Assembly: GCA_009919985.1 (NCBI GenBank) | Contig: RGAX01000001.1 | Location: 227-64,226, forward strand | Reading direction: 5' to 3' | From: Opitutaceae bacterium | GTDB taxonomy: Bacteria > Verrucomicrobiota > Verrucomicrobiia > Opitutales > Opitutaceae | DNA length: 64,000 nucleotides | In this document: positions 1-9,741 of the stretch, in pieces | Numbering within the stretch: position 1 is the first letter of the stretch | Layout: every line of letters starts with the position of its first letter | Position numbers and translations under genes: made by a program | The notes under the pieces: generated by a model | Databases searched by the model: none | What the model saw: only the letters and a program-made list of their open reading frames with translations | What the model was told of the DNA's origin: nothing

Positions 1-339
1 CTTTACGCCGGCGCGAGGGGTTATGGAAGCAGGAATTTTAACCGCATCCCACGGATTGGTGCCGCTGAGCGGGTAAAATGGAGCGCAGCCAACGCGGTCT
101 CTGAGCTTTTAAATCTGCGAGTGGAGGGATCGCAACATCGGTCGTGGCGGCCATGGCGCGCAGCAGTTCGCATTCTTCGCGGTGGACTAGGCTATCGACC
201 TAGACGACTTGCGCGGCGGCCTCGAGGGCTAGAGTCTACATACATTTAGTGATTTCCGCGCTCGCCGTGGCGCCAGTAGGAATGCGTTACAACGCGGTTG
301 ATTGTTTCCATTAGGAGAAGCAAGTTGGCGGGGTAACTC

Positions 340-2778
340 ATGCGTCTTCGTCAAACCTCGATTTATTTTTTTACGTGTTTGGTAGCCTCAGTGGCGGCAG
401 TTAGTGAGTCGGCGCGAGCCCAAGGGCTTGAGGCTTTAAATCGGCCTGTACCGCTGGCGGTGGCGAGTGCGGCGACGGCGATGTCACCCGGAGCGGCGGC
501 GCTCACCCTCGCAGCGGCGCAGCGCGCGCAGGAACTCGGATTTCCGGCGACGGCGGTGGAATTATACCGTGAGGCCTTGGCGGCGCCAGGCGTGGATCGG
601 GCCATGCTTACGCTTGGTTTGGTGACCGCGTTACTCGACGATGGACGCGTCGCCGAGGCGGAGAGCGCCTTGAATAGTTGGATCGGCTTGCGCGGCAGTG
701 CGTGGCAGTTGCGGGCGGGACTCGCGGCGGTGACGGCGCGCAAAATCGATGCGGCCAAGGCGGCGCTCGCCGCTGTAAAAGAAACGGAATTGGCGCCGAG
801 CGACCGAGCATGGTGGTTTTATTTGCAAGGTTTGCTCGCGGGCGAATCGGGCGACGTGAAGGCGACGAATAAATTTTTTGAGCAGGCGCAGGCCGCGGCG
901 CTGACGGAGTTGGCGCGGACGCGGTTTCGGCTCGAGGCGGAGCGGATTTTACTCCGGCGCAGCGGCACCGGCAACGAGGCCGATCTGGCCGGGCAACGCC
1001 AAGCGATGACGCGTTTCGCGGGGCAGGCGACCGGCTACGGAGCGGCGCGGACTCATGCGGCCAACTTAAACGCGCTCGGGCGTAAGTCCGAGGCGGTTGC
1101 GGTGATCCAGCAGCAGTTGCTCGTGTTGCCGCGCGACGAGCGTCAGTATGCGGATGACTTTAGATTGTGGCTCGGGTTAATCGCGGGCGCATCCGATGGG
1201 TCAGGACGTGCGGCATTGCTGGAGCTCGTGGCGGGCGGACGCGATGGGGTGCGGCAACGCTTGGCGCTACGCTTGCTTGCGCAGGCCTCGGAAAAAAATC
1301 CGGGTCGCAGCCAGTTGCGCGCGGAGCTTGGGCGCTGGATCGCGGAGACTCCGACGCATGCGTTGCAGGAAGAGTTTTATTTGTATCGGGCGAATCTGTT
1401 ACTGGGCGATAAAAGCTACGCGGCAGCGGAAGACGATGCGCGGGCGCTATTGGAAAAATTTCCCGGTTCGCCCCTGCGGGCTGAGGCGTGGGAAGTGCTC
1501 ACGGGAGCAGCGTGGGAGCAGCGGCGTTATCGCTTGGCGGCAGACAGCGCGAAGAAGGCGGCGGCAGCATTGCCGGTGGGTGCGCGGCGGGCGGAGTTGG
1601 GCGTGCTACTGGCGGAAGCGTGGTTTCGGGCGCAGGATTTCCGGCCGGCGGCTGATGCATATGCGGCGGTCTTGCGTGATCCGCCGGCAGCGCTGAAACC
1701 GGAGATATTGAGCGCGCTGCGTTTTCAGCGCGTGCAAGCGGAGATCGAGGCAGGATCGCCGGAGGCGGCGCAGACCGTGCTTGACGGGCTCGCAGCGGAG
1801 TCGGGTTTTTCGCTCGAAGATCGTTGGCAGGCGGAGTGGAATTTAGCGCGAGCGTTGCAGGCGCGCGGTGCTAATGGCGTGGCCGCGGCTTATGCGCGCG
1901 TAGAGCGGTTGCTCGGCGGGAATGTGGGGTCGGGATTACCGGCGAAGTTGCGGGCCCGGCTGGAGTGGCTGCGCGCACGATTAGCGCTCGATGTAGAGCC
2001 GGCTGAGCCGGCGAAAGCGTTAGAATATCTGCGGGCTTTGACGCCGGAGGCGTTGGCGAAGGCGTTGGCGAGCGAACCAGTGGCGCTGCGCACGGAGTTG
2101 GCGAGTGCGGCGGCGTTATTGCAGGCGCAGGCTTTGTTTAAGCAGGGCAAGGAAGAGGCAGGTGTGGCGCAGTTGAAAAAACTGCGAGAGGATTTCAAGG
2201 ACTCGGATGCGGCGGTGGCCTCGTATCTGGAAGAGGCGGATCACTACGCAAAGCAGTTCAACGCGGTGCAGGCCCAGCAGCTTTATACGGATTTGGCGGA
2301 TAAATTTCCGGGCAATATCAACGCGCCTTACGCGTTGTATTTCGCGGCGCTGCAGGCGGAGGCGAGCGGTGATGCACGTTTGCCGGAGGCGCAAAATTTA
2401 TTGGATGATCTGGTGCGAAAATACCCGCAGAGTGAACTGGTGTTCGCGGCGCGCTTGAAGCAGGGGCATTTGTTGCGAAAGCTCAGTCAGTTTCCACAAG
2501 CGCAACAGACTTATGAGTCGTTGGTGAACGCGTTTGCGACGAGTCCAGATGTGGTGTTGGCGCAGCTGGCGTTGGCGGAGTGTCACAATGCACAGGCGGC
2601 GAGCGATCCGTCTCATTTGGAGAGCGCGTTGGTGTTGCTGGAGCATGTGCGCGATCGCGTGGATGCGCCTCTGGATGTGCGCATTGAGGCGGGTTTTAAT
2701 CTCGGCGTGGTGTTGCGACAGCGCGGAGAGTTAGAGACTCGCCGTTTTTGTTGGATGCAAAGCAGGCCGCACAGCTGA
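340..2778 (+). CDS. Secreted TPR-repeat protein; the reading frame breaks at the T5 run 2745-2749 and continues in 2748..2963
   Basis: 812-codon ORF. N-terminal signal-like segment MRLRQTSIYFFTCLVASVAAVSESARAQG. Ala/Leu-rich helical-repeat composition typical of TPR proteins. Lies directly upstream of ExbB/ExbD-type genes. Confidence 0.8.
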   Translation: MRLRQTSIYFFTCLVASVAAVSESARAQGLEALNRPVPLAVASAATAMSPGAAALTLAAAQRAQELGFPATAVELYREALAAPGVDRAMLTLGLVTALLDDGRVAEAESALNSWIGLRGSAWQLRAGLAAVTARKIDAAKAALAAVKETELAPSDRAWWFYLQGLLAGESGDVKATNKFFEQAQAAALTELARTRFRLEAERILLRRSGTGNEADLAGQRQAMTRFAGQATGYGAARTHAANLNALGRKSEAVAVIQQQLLVLPRDERQYADDFRLWLGLIAGASDGSGRAALLELVAGGRDGVRQRLALRLLAQASEKNPGRSQLRAELGRWIAETPTHALQEEFYLYRANLLLGDKSYAAAEDDARALLEKFPGSPLRAEAWEVLTGAAWEQRRYRLAADSAKKAAAALPVGARRAELGVLLAEAWFRAQDFRPAADAYAAVLRDPPAALKPEILSALRFQRVQAEIEAGSPEAAQTVLDGLAAESGFSLEDRWQAEWNLARALQARGANGVAAAYARVERLLGGNVGSGLPAKLRARLEWLRARLALDVEPAEPAKALEYLRALTPEALAKALASEPVALRTELASAAALLQAQALFKQGKEEAGVAQLKKLREDFKDSDAAVASYLEEADHYAKQFNAVQAQQLYTDLADKFPGNINAPYALYFAALQAEASGDARLPEAQNLLDDLVRKYPQSELVFAARLKQGHLLRKLSQFPQAQQTYESLVNAFATSPDVVLAQLALAECHNAQAASDPSHLESALVLLEHVRDRVDAPLDVRIEAGFNLGVVLRQRGELETRRFCWMQSRPHS

Positions 2779-2963
2779 GCGAGCGGGCGAAGGGGCGTTA
2801 TTGGATGGCGCGGACGTTGATCGAGTTTGGCGGATTGCGCGAGCAACAGGGAAAACTTGAGGAGGCTAAGGAGGCTTGGCTGCTTTTACTCAAGGCGGGA
2901 TTGCCCGGTGAGGCGCAGGCGAAAGCGCGTCTTGCAAAATATGGAGTCGCTGTGCCGCCGTGA
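2748..2963 (+). CDS. Displaced C-terminal segment of the 340..2778 TPR gene (-1 frame relative to it)
   Basis: Reads LLDAKQAAQLSERAKGRYWMARTLIEFGGLREQQGKLEEAKEAW..., which continues the helical-repeat sequence. It has no independent ATG (the track start is TTG) and overlaps the upstream ORF tail. Confidence 0.4.
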   Translation: MLDAKQAAQLSERAKGRYWMARTLIEFGGLREQQGKLEEAKEAWLLLLKAGLPGEAQAKARLAKYGVAVPP

Positions 2964-3038
2964 AGCTCTCTGTGGCGGGCCTACGGTTTCGCATTTGCGG
3001 AGTCGAGGCGGTGCCGTTTAATTCTCTATTTTACCACG

Positions 3039-3692
3039 ATGTCTGTTTTTAATTTTACGATTTTTGCCAAGGGCGGCCCGATGATGTGGGTGCTGTTGGC
3101 GCTGGGTTTATTGACGGTATTGCTCGCGTTGGAACGGGTATTGTTTCTCCACCGTGGACAGATCCGAGCGACGACGTTTCTGGAAGGGATAAAAAATATT
3201 TTGGCTAAACGGCGCTTGGTGGAGGCCTTGACGGTGTGCGAGGAGACCCCGGGTCCGGTCGCAGCCGTGGTGAAGGCCGCTTTGCTTCACGCGGAGGCGG
3301 ATGTCGCGACAATGCGCTTTCACGTGCAGGAGGCGGCGATAGTCGAGTTGCCGGCGCTCGAGCGTAGGCTTGGGAGCATCGCGACAATCGCGCAAGTCGC
3401 ACCCATGGTTGGGTTGCTCGGCACGGTGCTGGGGATGGCGACGACGTTCTTGGCGTTTGAGAAAGACTACATGAGTGCGAGTGCCTTGGCCACGGGCATG
3501 TGGCAGGCTCTGTTGTGCACGGCGGGCGGGTTGATATTGGCGCTCCCGGCGCATATAGCGCATCATTTTCTGAGTGGGCGGGTGCGCTCAATCGTGCGCG
3601 ATGTGGAATGGGCGGGCAATGAGATCATGCGTTACCTGCAAAATGATTATCGTGGGCGTAAGCCGGGTGGTTCGGAGGTCGTGGAAACATGA
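3039..3692 (+). CDS. MotA/TolQ/ExbB proton-channel family protein
   Basis: 217 aa with three hydrophobic helices. Motif PMVGLLGTVLGMATTFLAF is typical of ExbB/TolQ. ATGA overlap with the next gene. Confidence 0.85.
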   Translation: MSVFNFTIFAKGGPMMWVLLALGLLTVLLALERVLFLHRGQIRATTFLEGIKNILAKRRLVEALTVCEETPGPVAAVVKAALLHAEADVATMRFHVQEAAIVELPALERRLGSIATIAQVAPMVGLLGTVLGMATTFLAFEKDYMSASALATGMWQALLCTAGGLILALPAHIAHHFLSGRVRSIVRDVEWAGNEIMRYLQNDYRGRKPGGSEVVET

Positions 3693-4138
3693 TCACGCGG
3701 CCGCTTGACCTCGCGGCGCATCTACGCGTGCCGCCGCGCTGTTTTGATTTTTTGTTCTACGTGAACGCGGGGTTGCTCGTGTTGTTTTTCTCGTTGTTTG
3801 GCTCGCGCTTTGTTCTGGCTCCTGGGCTTGGGGTGGATTTCCAGGTGCCGGAAATGGCGGGTGCGACCGCGGGCGCGCAGCCGACGACGCATCGCATCAC
3901 CGTGCGTCGCTCGGGGCAGATTTTTGCTGATGATGGGTTGGTCTCGTTGAAGCAACTCGGGTTGTGGCTGGAGCGTCAGAAGGCGACGACGACGAAACCA
4001 TCATTGTTGATTTTGGCCAGCTCGGGCGTACGCAATGATGAGTTAGCTGAAATAGTTACGGTCGCACGGCGGGCGGGTTTTGCGGTCGTTTGGGGCGCGT
4101 TGGAGCCGACGGATGGAGGCGAGGGGAGCCGCAAGTGA
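3689..4138 (+). CDS. ExbD/TolR-type biopolymer transport protein
   Basis: 149 aa. Single N-terminal TM (FDFLFYVNAGLLVLFFSLF) followed by a periplasmic domain with the ExbD-like pattern (ITVRRSGQIFADDGLVSLKQL...LLILASSGVRNDELAEIVTVARRAGF). Start overlaps the exbB-like stop. Confidence 0.8.
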   Translation: MITRPLDLAAHLRVPPRCFDFLFYVNAGLLVLFFSLFGSRFVLAPGLGVDFQVPEMAGATAGAQPTTHRITVRRSGQIFADDGLVSLKQLGLWLERQKATTTKPSLLILASSGVRNDELAEIVTVARRAGFAVVWGALEPTDGGEGSRK

Positions 4139-4863
4139 GGACGCGTGTGCAAAGTGAGCGACGTCGTTGGATTTGGGCTACTCTAGGTGCGATCGCAGTT
4201 ATCCTCGTTTTTTTGACCTTGTTTCGCGCGCCGGTGAATCCGGCCTTGGAGCTTGGTTCGGACCTATTAAAGGGTCGCGCCCCGGTCGCGGTGGTGCCGC
4301 AGGTGGGGTTTAGGCGGGTAGCACCGGAGGAAGCGGCGTTGTTGGATCCGACCCCGTTATTTTTGCCGACGGCGTGGAATACCGCGCAAAAAGAGGTCGC
4401 GTTGCCCAAGGTGGGTGGGGCTTTTGCTGACTACCCGGCTCGCTTTACGTATGATGAGGTGGAATTTCGTTCGCTCTCCCCAAAAAAAGACCCCGCGGTG
4501 GATTTTTCAGGAGCTTTGGCGCTGAACTCACCCGGAGTGACTTTACTCGGAATAGGTCGCAGCCTCGTCAATTTGCCGGCGATATCGCGGCGGAGTGCGT
4601 TTTACGAGGTCACATCGGCGGCGGGAGGCCGCGTGGTGTTGGCTGAAGCGCTCGCCAGCGCGAAGCCCCCGGGCGCGGGTGCATGGGAGCCGATTGAGTT
4701 TCTCGCGTTGGTGAACGCGGCGGGCCTGAGTACGCCTCTAGTCCCGACGGTCCGCTCTAAGCGGGAGGAAGTGGACGCGTATTTCGCGAGTTACTTGACG
4801 CAGCAGGTGAGAATTGGTGCAAAATTGTCGCCCGGCGTGTATCGAATTTGGGTCGGACCTTAG
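4135..4863 (+). CDS. Membrane-anchored hypothetical protein in the position normally held by TonB
   Basis: ORF 4090..4863. I prefer the GTG at 4135, which overlaps the upstream TGA (GTGA). N-terminal TM WIWATLGAIAVILVFLTLF. No Pro-rich spacer and no recognisable TonB C-terminal motif. Confidence 0.6.
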   Translation: MRTRVQSERRRWIWATLGAIAVILVFLTLFRAPVNPALELGSDLLKGRAPVAVVPQVGFRRVAPEEAALLDPTPLFLPTAWNTAQKEVALPKVGGAFADYPARFTYDEVEFRSLSPKKDPAVDFSGALALNSPGVTLLGIGRSLVNLPAISRRSAFYEVTSAAGGRVVLAEALASAKPPGAGAWEPIEFLALVNAAGLSTPLVPTVRSKREEVDAYFASYLTQQVRIGAKLSPGVYRIWVGP

Positions 4864-4959
4864 TTTTTTATAGAAAAGGTCAAGTTTGCTGTTGACGGCC
4901 CAAATCGTGGGAAGCACTTTCAACCCTCATTTTCGTTTTTTGGCACGGTCTCTTTGTCT

Positions 4960-5035
4960 GCCCAGATAGCTCAGTTGGTAGAGCACGTTCTTGGTAAGGA
5001 CGAGGTCGCCGGTTCGACTCCGGTTCTGGGCTCCA
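4960..5035 (+). tRNA. tRNA-Thr (anticodon GGU)
   Basis: 76 nt, GCCCAGATAGCTCAGTTGGTAGAGCACGTTCTTGGTAAGGACGAGGTCGCCGGTTCGACTCCGGTTCTGGGCTCCA. The cloverleaf folds by hand: acceptor GCCCAGA/TCTGGGC, anticodon loop TTGGTAA, T-loop GGTTCGA, CCA encoded. Classic position upstream of tuf. Confidence 0.95.
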
Positions 5036-5116
5036 TGCTAAAAAACAACGTCGGTCCCGCTTCTACGACGTAAAACCAGAAGTCACATTTCATCCAAACC
5101 CAAACACACGTCTCCC

Positions 5117-6307
5117 ATGGCTAAAGGCACATTCGAACGCACGAAACCGCACGTCAACGTTGGCACCATCGGCCACGTCGACCACGGCAAAACCACCACG
5201 ACGACCGCTATCCTTGCTGTCCAGGCCCGCAAAGGCCTCGCTGAGGTAAAGACTTACGCGGACATCGCTAAAGGCGGCACCGTCCGCGACGCTTCTAAGA
5301 TCGTCACGATCTCGGTTGCCCACGTTGAGTATCAAACGGAAAAGCGCCACTACGCGCACGTTGATTGCCCCGGCCACGCCGACTTCGTGAAGAACATGAT
5401 CACGGGTGCCGCGCAAATGGATGGCGCCATCCTCGTCGTCTCTGCCGCTGACGGCCCAATGCCGCAGACCCGCGAGCATATCCTTCTCGCCCGCCAAGTC
5501 GGCGTTCCGAAGATCGTGGTCTGGCTCAACAAGGTCGACCTTATCGACGACAAAGAGCTCCTCGACCTCGTCGAGATGGAAATCCGCGAGCTGCTCACCA
5601 AGTATCAATTTGATGGCGACAACGCCACGATCGTCCGTGGTTCCGCCACTGCCGCTCTCGATAACAAGCCAGAAGGTAACGCCGCTATCACGGCCCTCAT
5701 GGATGCTATCGACACCGATATTCCTGAGCCCGTCCGTGAGAACGATAAACCCTTCCTGATGTCTGTCGAAGACGTCTTCTCGATCACCGGTCGTGGCACC
5801 GTCGCCACGGGTCGTATCGAGCGCGGTTCCTGCAAGATCAACGAAACCGTTGAAATTGTCGGTTTGAAGGACACCGTCACGACCGTTATCACGGGCATTG
5901 AAATGTTCCGTAAGCTCCTCGACTCCGGTCAAGCGGGCGATAACGTCGGCATGCTTCTGCGTGGTATCGAAAAAGAAGGCATCGAGCGCGGCCAAGTCAT
6001 CGCCGCCCCGAAGTCCATCAAGCCCCACAAGAAGGCCAAGGCCGAAATCTACGTCCTTTCTAAGGACGAAGGTGGCCGCCACACCCCATTCTTCAATGGT
6101 TACCGTCCTCAGTTCTACTTCCGCACGACGGACGTGACTGGTATCGTCAACCTGCCGAAGGGCGTTGAAATGATCATGCCCGGCGACAACATCGCCGTCG
6201 AGATCGACCTCATCGTTCCAATCGCGATGGAAACGACCCAGAAATTCGCTATCCGCGAAGGTGGTCGCACCATCGGTGCCGGTCGTATCACCGAGATCAT
6301 CGAATAA
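5117..6307 (+). CDS. tuf: Elongation factor Tu
   Basis: 396 aa. [37 protein letters not shown] and NKVD motifs. Confidence 0.99.
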   Translation: MAKGTFERTKPHVNVGTIGHVDHGKTTTTTAILAVQARKGLAEVKTYADIAKGGTVRDASKIVTISVAHVEYQTEKRHYAHVDCPGHADFVKNMITGAAQMDGAILVVSAADGPMPQTREHILLARQVGVPKIVVWLNKVDLIDDKELLDLVEMEIRELLTKYQFDGDNATIVRGSATAALDNKPEGNAAITALMDAIDTDIPEPVRENDKPFLMSVEDVFSITGRGTVATGRIERGSCKINETVEIVGLKDTVTTVITGIEMFRKLLDSGQAGDNVGMLLRGIEKEGIERGQVIAAPKSIKPHKKAKAEIYVLSKDEGGRHTPFFNGYRPQFYFRTTDVTGIVNLPKGVEMIMPGDNIAVEIDLIVPIAMETTQKFAIREGGRTIGAGRITEIIE

Positions 6308-6337
6308 GTTCGATTAAATAACCTTAAACTCGACTTC

Positions 6338-6364
6338 GCCGAGGCCTCGTAACGGGGCCTCGGC
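6338..6364 (+). terminator. GC-rich stem-loop downstream of tuf with no U-tract (possible processing, stabiliser or weak terminator element)
   Basis: GCCGAGGCC(TC)-GTAAC-(GG)GGCCTCGGC gives 9-11 bp of hand-folded stem, 31 nt after the tuf stop. It is followed by TGCGTCG, not a T-run. Confidence 0.3.
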
Positions 6365-6391
6365 TGCGTCGTCTAAGAAAGCCCATTCCAC

Positions 6392-6467
6392 AGGCGTGTA
6401 GCTCAATTGGTAGAGTAGCGGTCTCCAAAACCGTTGGTTGGGGGTTCGATTCCCTCCGCGCCTGCCA
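6392..6467 (+). tRNA. tRNA-Trp (anticodon CCA)
   Basis: 76 nt, AGGCGTGTAGCTCAATTGGTAGAGTAGCGGTCTCCAAAACCGTTGGTTGGGGGTTCGATTCCCTCCGCGCCTGCCA. Acceptor AGGCGTG/CGCGCCT, anticodon loop CTCCAAA. Conserved position upstream of secE-nusG. Confidence 0.95.
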
Positions 6468-6478
6468 AATTTAAGTTC

Positions 6479-6682
6479 ATGAAAAATCCGTTCCGCAGCA
6501 CTCGTATTTTCTTCGGCGAAATGGTCGGCGAGCTCCAAAAAGCTTCCTGGCCCACCCGCACCGAACTGCGCGACTCCACCCTCGTGGTGGTGCTGGCCGG
6601 TGTGCTGCTCGGTGTTTTCACGAGCATCAGTGACTTCGCTCTCATCAATGTCGTGGACCTCTTCACGTCTTGGGTAAACTAA
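6479..6682 (+). CDS. secE: Preprotein translocase subunit SecE
   Basis: I chose the internal ATG of ORF 6434..6682 because the upstream part overlaps tRNA-Trp. 67 aa. MKNPFRSTRIFFGEMVGELQKASWPTRTEL followed by one TM. Sits between tRNA-Trp and nusG. Confidence 0.9.
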   Translation: MKNPFRSTRIFFGEMVGELQKASWPTRTELRDSTLVVVLAGVLLGVFTSISDFALINVVDLFTSWVN

Positions 6683-6693
6683 TCCAGCCACCC

Positions 6694-7275
6694 ATGCCGT
6701 CCGCCACATCGAACATTCCCGCCAATGCGCAATGGTTTGCGCTCCACACCCTCTCCGGCCAGGAGAATAAGGTGAAGGCCTACATTGAGAAATTCAAGAA
6801 GGCCGAAGAGCTCGAAGATTCTATTTTTGAAGTCTTGCTGCCCACGGAAGTCGTTTCCGAAGTAAAGAATGGCAAGAAGAGTACCAAGGTGCGTAAACTC
6901 TATCCGGGTTACGTTTTCATTCAGATGGTGCTCTTCGGCGAAGACAAGAAGGTCATCAACAAGCCCTGGTATTTCGTTAAGGAAGTGGCTGGTGTCATCG
7001 GCTTTGTCGGGGGCGAGCGTCCTGCTGCCCTGCAACCTTCTGAGATCGTTGAAATTCGTTCGCGCATCGAGGCCGCCAACGGCAAGGAAGTACCTAAGGT
7101 GCAGTACACTGTGGGCGAAGAAGTCAAAATCACCGATGGCGCTTTCGCCAGCCTCACGGGCCGGATCGACGAGATCGACCCTGATCGCGGCAAGCTCAAG
7201 GTTTCCGTTTCCATTTTCGGCCGTTTCACCCCGGTCGAGCTCGAATACTGGCAGGTGCAGCGCAACAGCGAATAA
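6694..7275 (+). CDS. nusG: Transcription termination/antitermination factor NusG
   Basis: WFALHTLSGQENKVKAYIE (NGN domain) and a C-terminal KOW (GEEVKITDGAFASLTGRIDEID). I preferred the ATG at 6694 over the TTG at 6670. Confidence 0.93.
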   Translation: MPSATSNIPANAQWFALHTLSGQENKVKAYIEKFKKAEELEDSIFEVLLPTEVVSEVKNGKKSTKVRKLYPGYVFIQMVLFGEDKKVINKPWYFVKEVAGVIGFVGGERPAALQPSEIVEIRSRIEAANGKEVPKVQYTVGEEVKITDGAFASLTGRIDEIDPDRGKLKVSVSIFGRFTPVELEYWQVQRNSE

Positions 7276-7342
7276 TGCTCCTGCCGCTGACGCCGTCTTC
7301 TCGAACTTAATCCGTCTAACCTACCACTAATCTTTTTTTACC

Positions 7343-7768
7343 ATGGCCAAGAAAATCCAAGGCTACATTCGTCTTCAACTCCCAGCCGGCGCCGCCAATC
7401 CTGCGCCCCCGGTCGGCCCCGCACTCGGTGCCCAAGGCGTCAATATCATGGCGTTTTGTAAGGACTTCAACGCCCGCACTAAGGATCAGAACGGCATGAT
7501 TCTGCCGGTTGTGATCACGGTTTATAGCGACAAGAGTTTCACCTTCATCCTCAAGTCCCCGCCCGCGTCCGTGCTGCTCAAAAAGGCCGCTAACATCGCC
7601 AGCGGTTCAGCCAAGCCCAACCAAGACAAAGTCGGCAAGGTTACCAAAAAACAGCTCCTTGAGATCTATAAACTCAAGGCCAAGGATCTCAACGCCAAGG
7701 ACGATGAAGCCGGCATCAAGATCATCGCCGGCACTGCCCGTAACATGGGTATCGAAGTCGTCGGTTAA
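7343..7768 (+). CDS. rplK: 50S ribosomal protein L11
   Basis: [44 protein letters not shown]. Confidence 0.98.
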   Translation: MAKKIQGYIRLQLPAGAANPAPPVGPALGAQGVNIMAFCKDFNARTKDQNGMILPVVITVYSDKSFTFILKSPPASVLLKKAANIASGSAKPNQDKVGKVTKKQLLEIYKLKAKDLNAKDDEAGIKIIAGTARNMGIEVVG

Positions 7769-7839
7769 TATTTCCCAGCACAAAAAACCATACTCGCCGC
7801 GGGAGTCCTTTTAGGACGTTCGCACCGCAAGGAGTCACA

Positions 7840-8538
7840 ATGCCAAAAAAACAGAGCAAACGCTACCGCAGCGCCCTTAAGGTCGCTGATCTCACCAAGG
7901 ATTACCCACTCGCTGAAGCGGTGGAAATCCTCACCAAATTCCCCAAGGCCAAGTTCGACGAGACCGTCGAGTTGTCCTTCCGCCTCGGCGTTGATGGCGC
8001 CTCCGGCGACCAGAACGTCCGTGGTACCACGCCGCTGCCCAACGGTTCGGGCAAGAAAGTTCGCGTCTTGGTGTTCACCGATAATCCCGCCGCAGCCCTC
8101 GCTGCTGGCGCTGATACCGCCGGTCTTGCCGACATCATGACCAAGATCAACGAAGGCTGGCTCGATTTCGACGTCGCCATTTCCACCGTTGAGGCCATGA
8201 AGCAAGTCCGCACTCTCGCTCGCGTGCTCGGCCCGAAAGGCCTCATGCCGAACCCGAAGTCGGGCACCGTCACCGACGACATCGCTGCCGGCATCAAAGC
8301 TGTCAAAGCGGGTCGCGTTGAATTCAAGATGGATAAAGCTGCGATCATCGGCGTCGGCGTCGGTAAGCGCTCCTTCACCAACGCCCAGATCCTCGAGAAC
8401 GCCTTGTGCGTGCTCGACGCGGTCGGCAAAGCCAAGCCCGCCACCTTCAAGGGCGGCGTGTTCATCAAGTCTGTCACCATCTCCTCGAGCATGAGTCCCG
8501 GCGTTCACGTCGCCTCGTCCGAGTTCAGCAAATATTAA
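7840..8538 (+). CDS. rplA: 50S ribosomal protein L1
   Basis: 232 aa with FDETVELSFRLGVD and ARVLGPKGLMPNPKSGTVT. One of the few genes here with an AAGGAG Shine-Dalgarno site upstream. Confidence 0.98.
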   Translation: MPKKQSKRYRSALKVADLTKDYPLAEAVEILTKFPKAKFDETVELSFRLGVDGASGDQNVRGTTPLPNGSGKKVRVLVFTDNPAAALAAGADTAGLADIMTKINEGWLDFDVAISTVEAMKQVRTLARVLGPKGLMPNPKSGTVTDDIAAGIKAVKAGRVEFKMDKAAIIGVGVGKRSFTNAQILENALCVLDAVGKAKPATFKGGVFIKSVTISSSMSPGVHVASSEFSKY

Positions 8539-8552
8539 CCGGAGCCCGACCC

Positions 8553-9041
8553 ATGAGAGCCGAAAAAAATTATCTGATCGCCGAGGTCGAGACGCACCTC
8601 AAGAAATCCGACTACGTCATCCTCGCCAACTTCACGAAAGTGACCGTGGCGGACGTGGCCGACTTGCGCGCTAAACTCGCCGCCGAAAAAGCCGAGTTCC
8701 ACGTCGTCAAGAACAGTTCCCTCCGTGTCGCCGCCAAGGCGCTCGGCCTGCCCGAAATCGAGTCCGCGTTGAGCGGCCCGACCGCGGTGGTGGTCGGCGG
8801 TAAAAATCCCGCCGGTGTCGCCAAAGTCCTGAAGAAATTCTTCGAGGATAAGCAAAAGCTCGAAGTGAAGATTGGCGTGCTCGACAAGAAACTCGTCAGC
8901 CCCGCCGACCTCGCCAAGATGGCCGACCTGCCCTCGTTCGAGGCCCTGCGTTCCCAGTTCCTGGGCATGCTCACCAGCAATGCGGCGTCCTTCGTCCGCG
9001 TGCTCGACGCCAAAGTCAAAAAGGAGCAACCCGCCGCCTAA
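8553..9041 (+). CDS. rplJ: 50S ribosomal protein L10
   Basis: Internal ATG of ORF 8406..9041, whose upstream part overlaps rplA. MRAEKNYLIAEVETHLKKSDYVILANFTKVTVADVADLRAKL. Confidence 0.95.
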   Translation: MRAEKNYLIAEVETHLKKSDYVILANFTKVTVADVADLRAKLAAEKAEFHVVKNSSLRVAAKALGLPEIESALSGPTAVVVGGKNPAGVAKVLKKFFEDKQKLEVKIGVLDKKLVSPADLAKMADLPSFEALRSQFLGMLTSNAASFVRVLDAKVKKEQPAA

Positions 9042-9176
9042 ACCCTTTTCATCGGCGGCTCGCTCTTCACGGATCGGGCCGCCGAGAAATAACCTCCATT
9101 GGGGTAGGCTAGGGGATACGTCTCTTAAACGCGTTTCACATTTCGAAACCGCTAGTCGCCTCAGGAAACTACTACT

Positions 9177-9572
<396 letters not shown>

Positions 9573-9613
9573 TCGCTTGGTCGATTCTGCCCGCATTCAT
9601 TCGCAAATTCATT

Positions 9614-9660
9614 GGACAGGCCGTGCCCCGCGCGGTCTGTCCTTTGGCTTTTTCTTTGTT
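9614..9660 (+). terminator. Stem-loop plus T-rich tract between rplL and rpoB (candidate partial terminator/attenuator)
   Basis: GGACAGGCC-GTGCCCCGCGC-GGTCTGTCC (9 bp with one G-U pair) followed by TTTGGCTTTTTCTTTGTT. It occupies the same position as the known rplL-rpoB attenuator of E. coli. Confidence 0.5.
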
Positions 9661-9741
9661 CTTTTGTTAGGTTCCCGCGCGGCGCATTGAGCGCCGAGCA
9701 CTTGTCTTTTTTTCGTCATTCACCTCCGACCGGATATTCCC

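Noticed and set aside
1-339. Possible gene fragments at the window start. One is a frame-2 reading ...FTPARGVMEAGILTASHGLVPLSG* ending at about 76. Another is an 83-codon open frame 1..249. There are also short minus-strand ORFs.
   Set aside because: They are too short to identify, and the frame-1 translation is Arg-rich off-frame-like sequence. I cannot support any call.
7769-7839. GGGAG...GAC-containing segment in the rplK-rplA spacer, considered as an L1 autoregulatory rRNA mimic.
   Set aside because: I could fold only a 4-5 bp hairpin and cannot match it convincingly to the L1-binding consensus by eye. It would need a covariance-model search.
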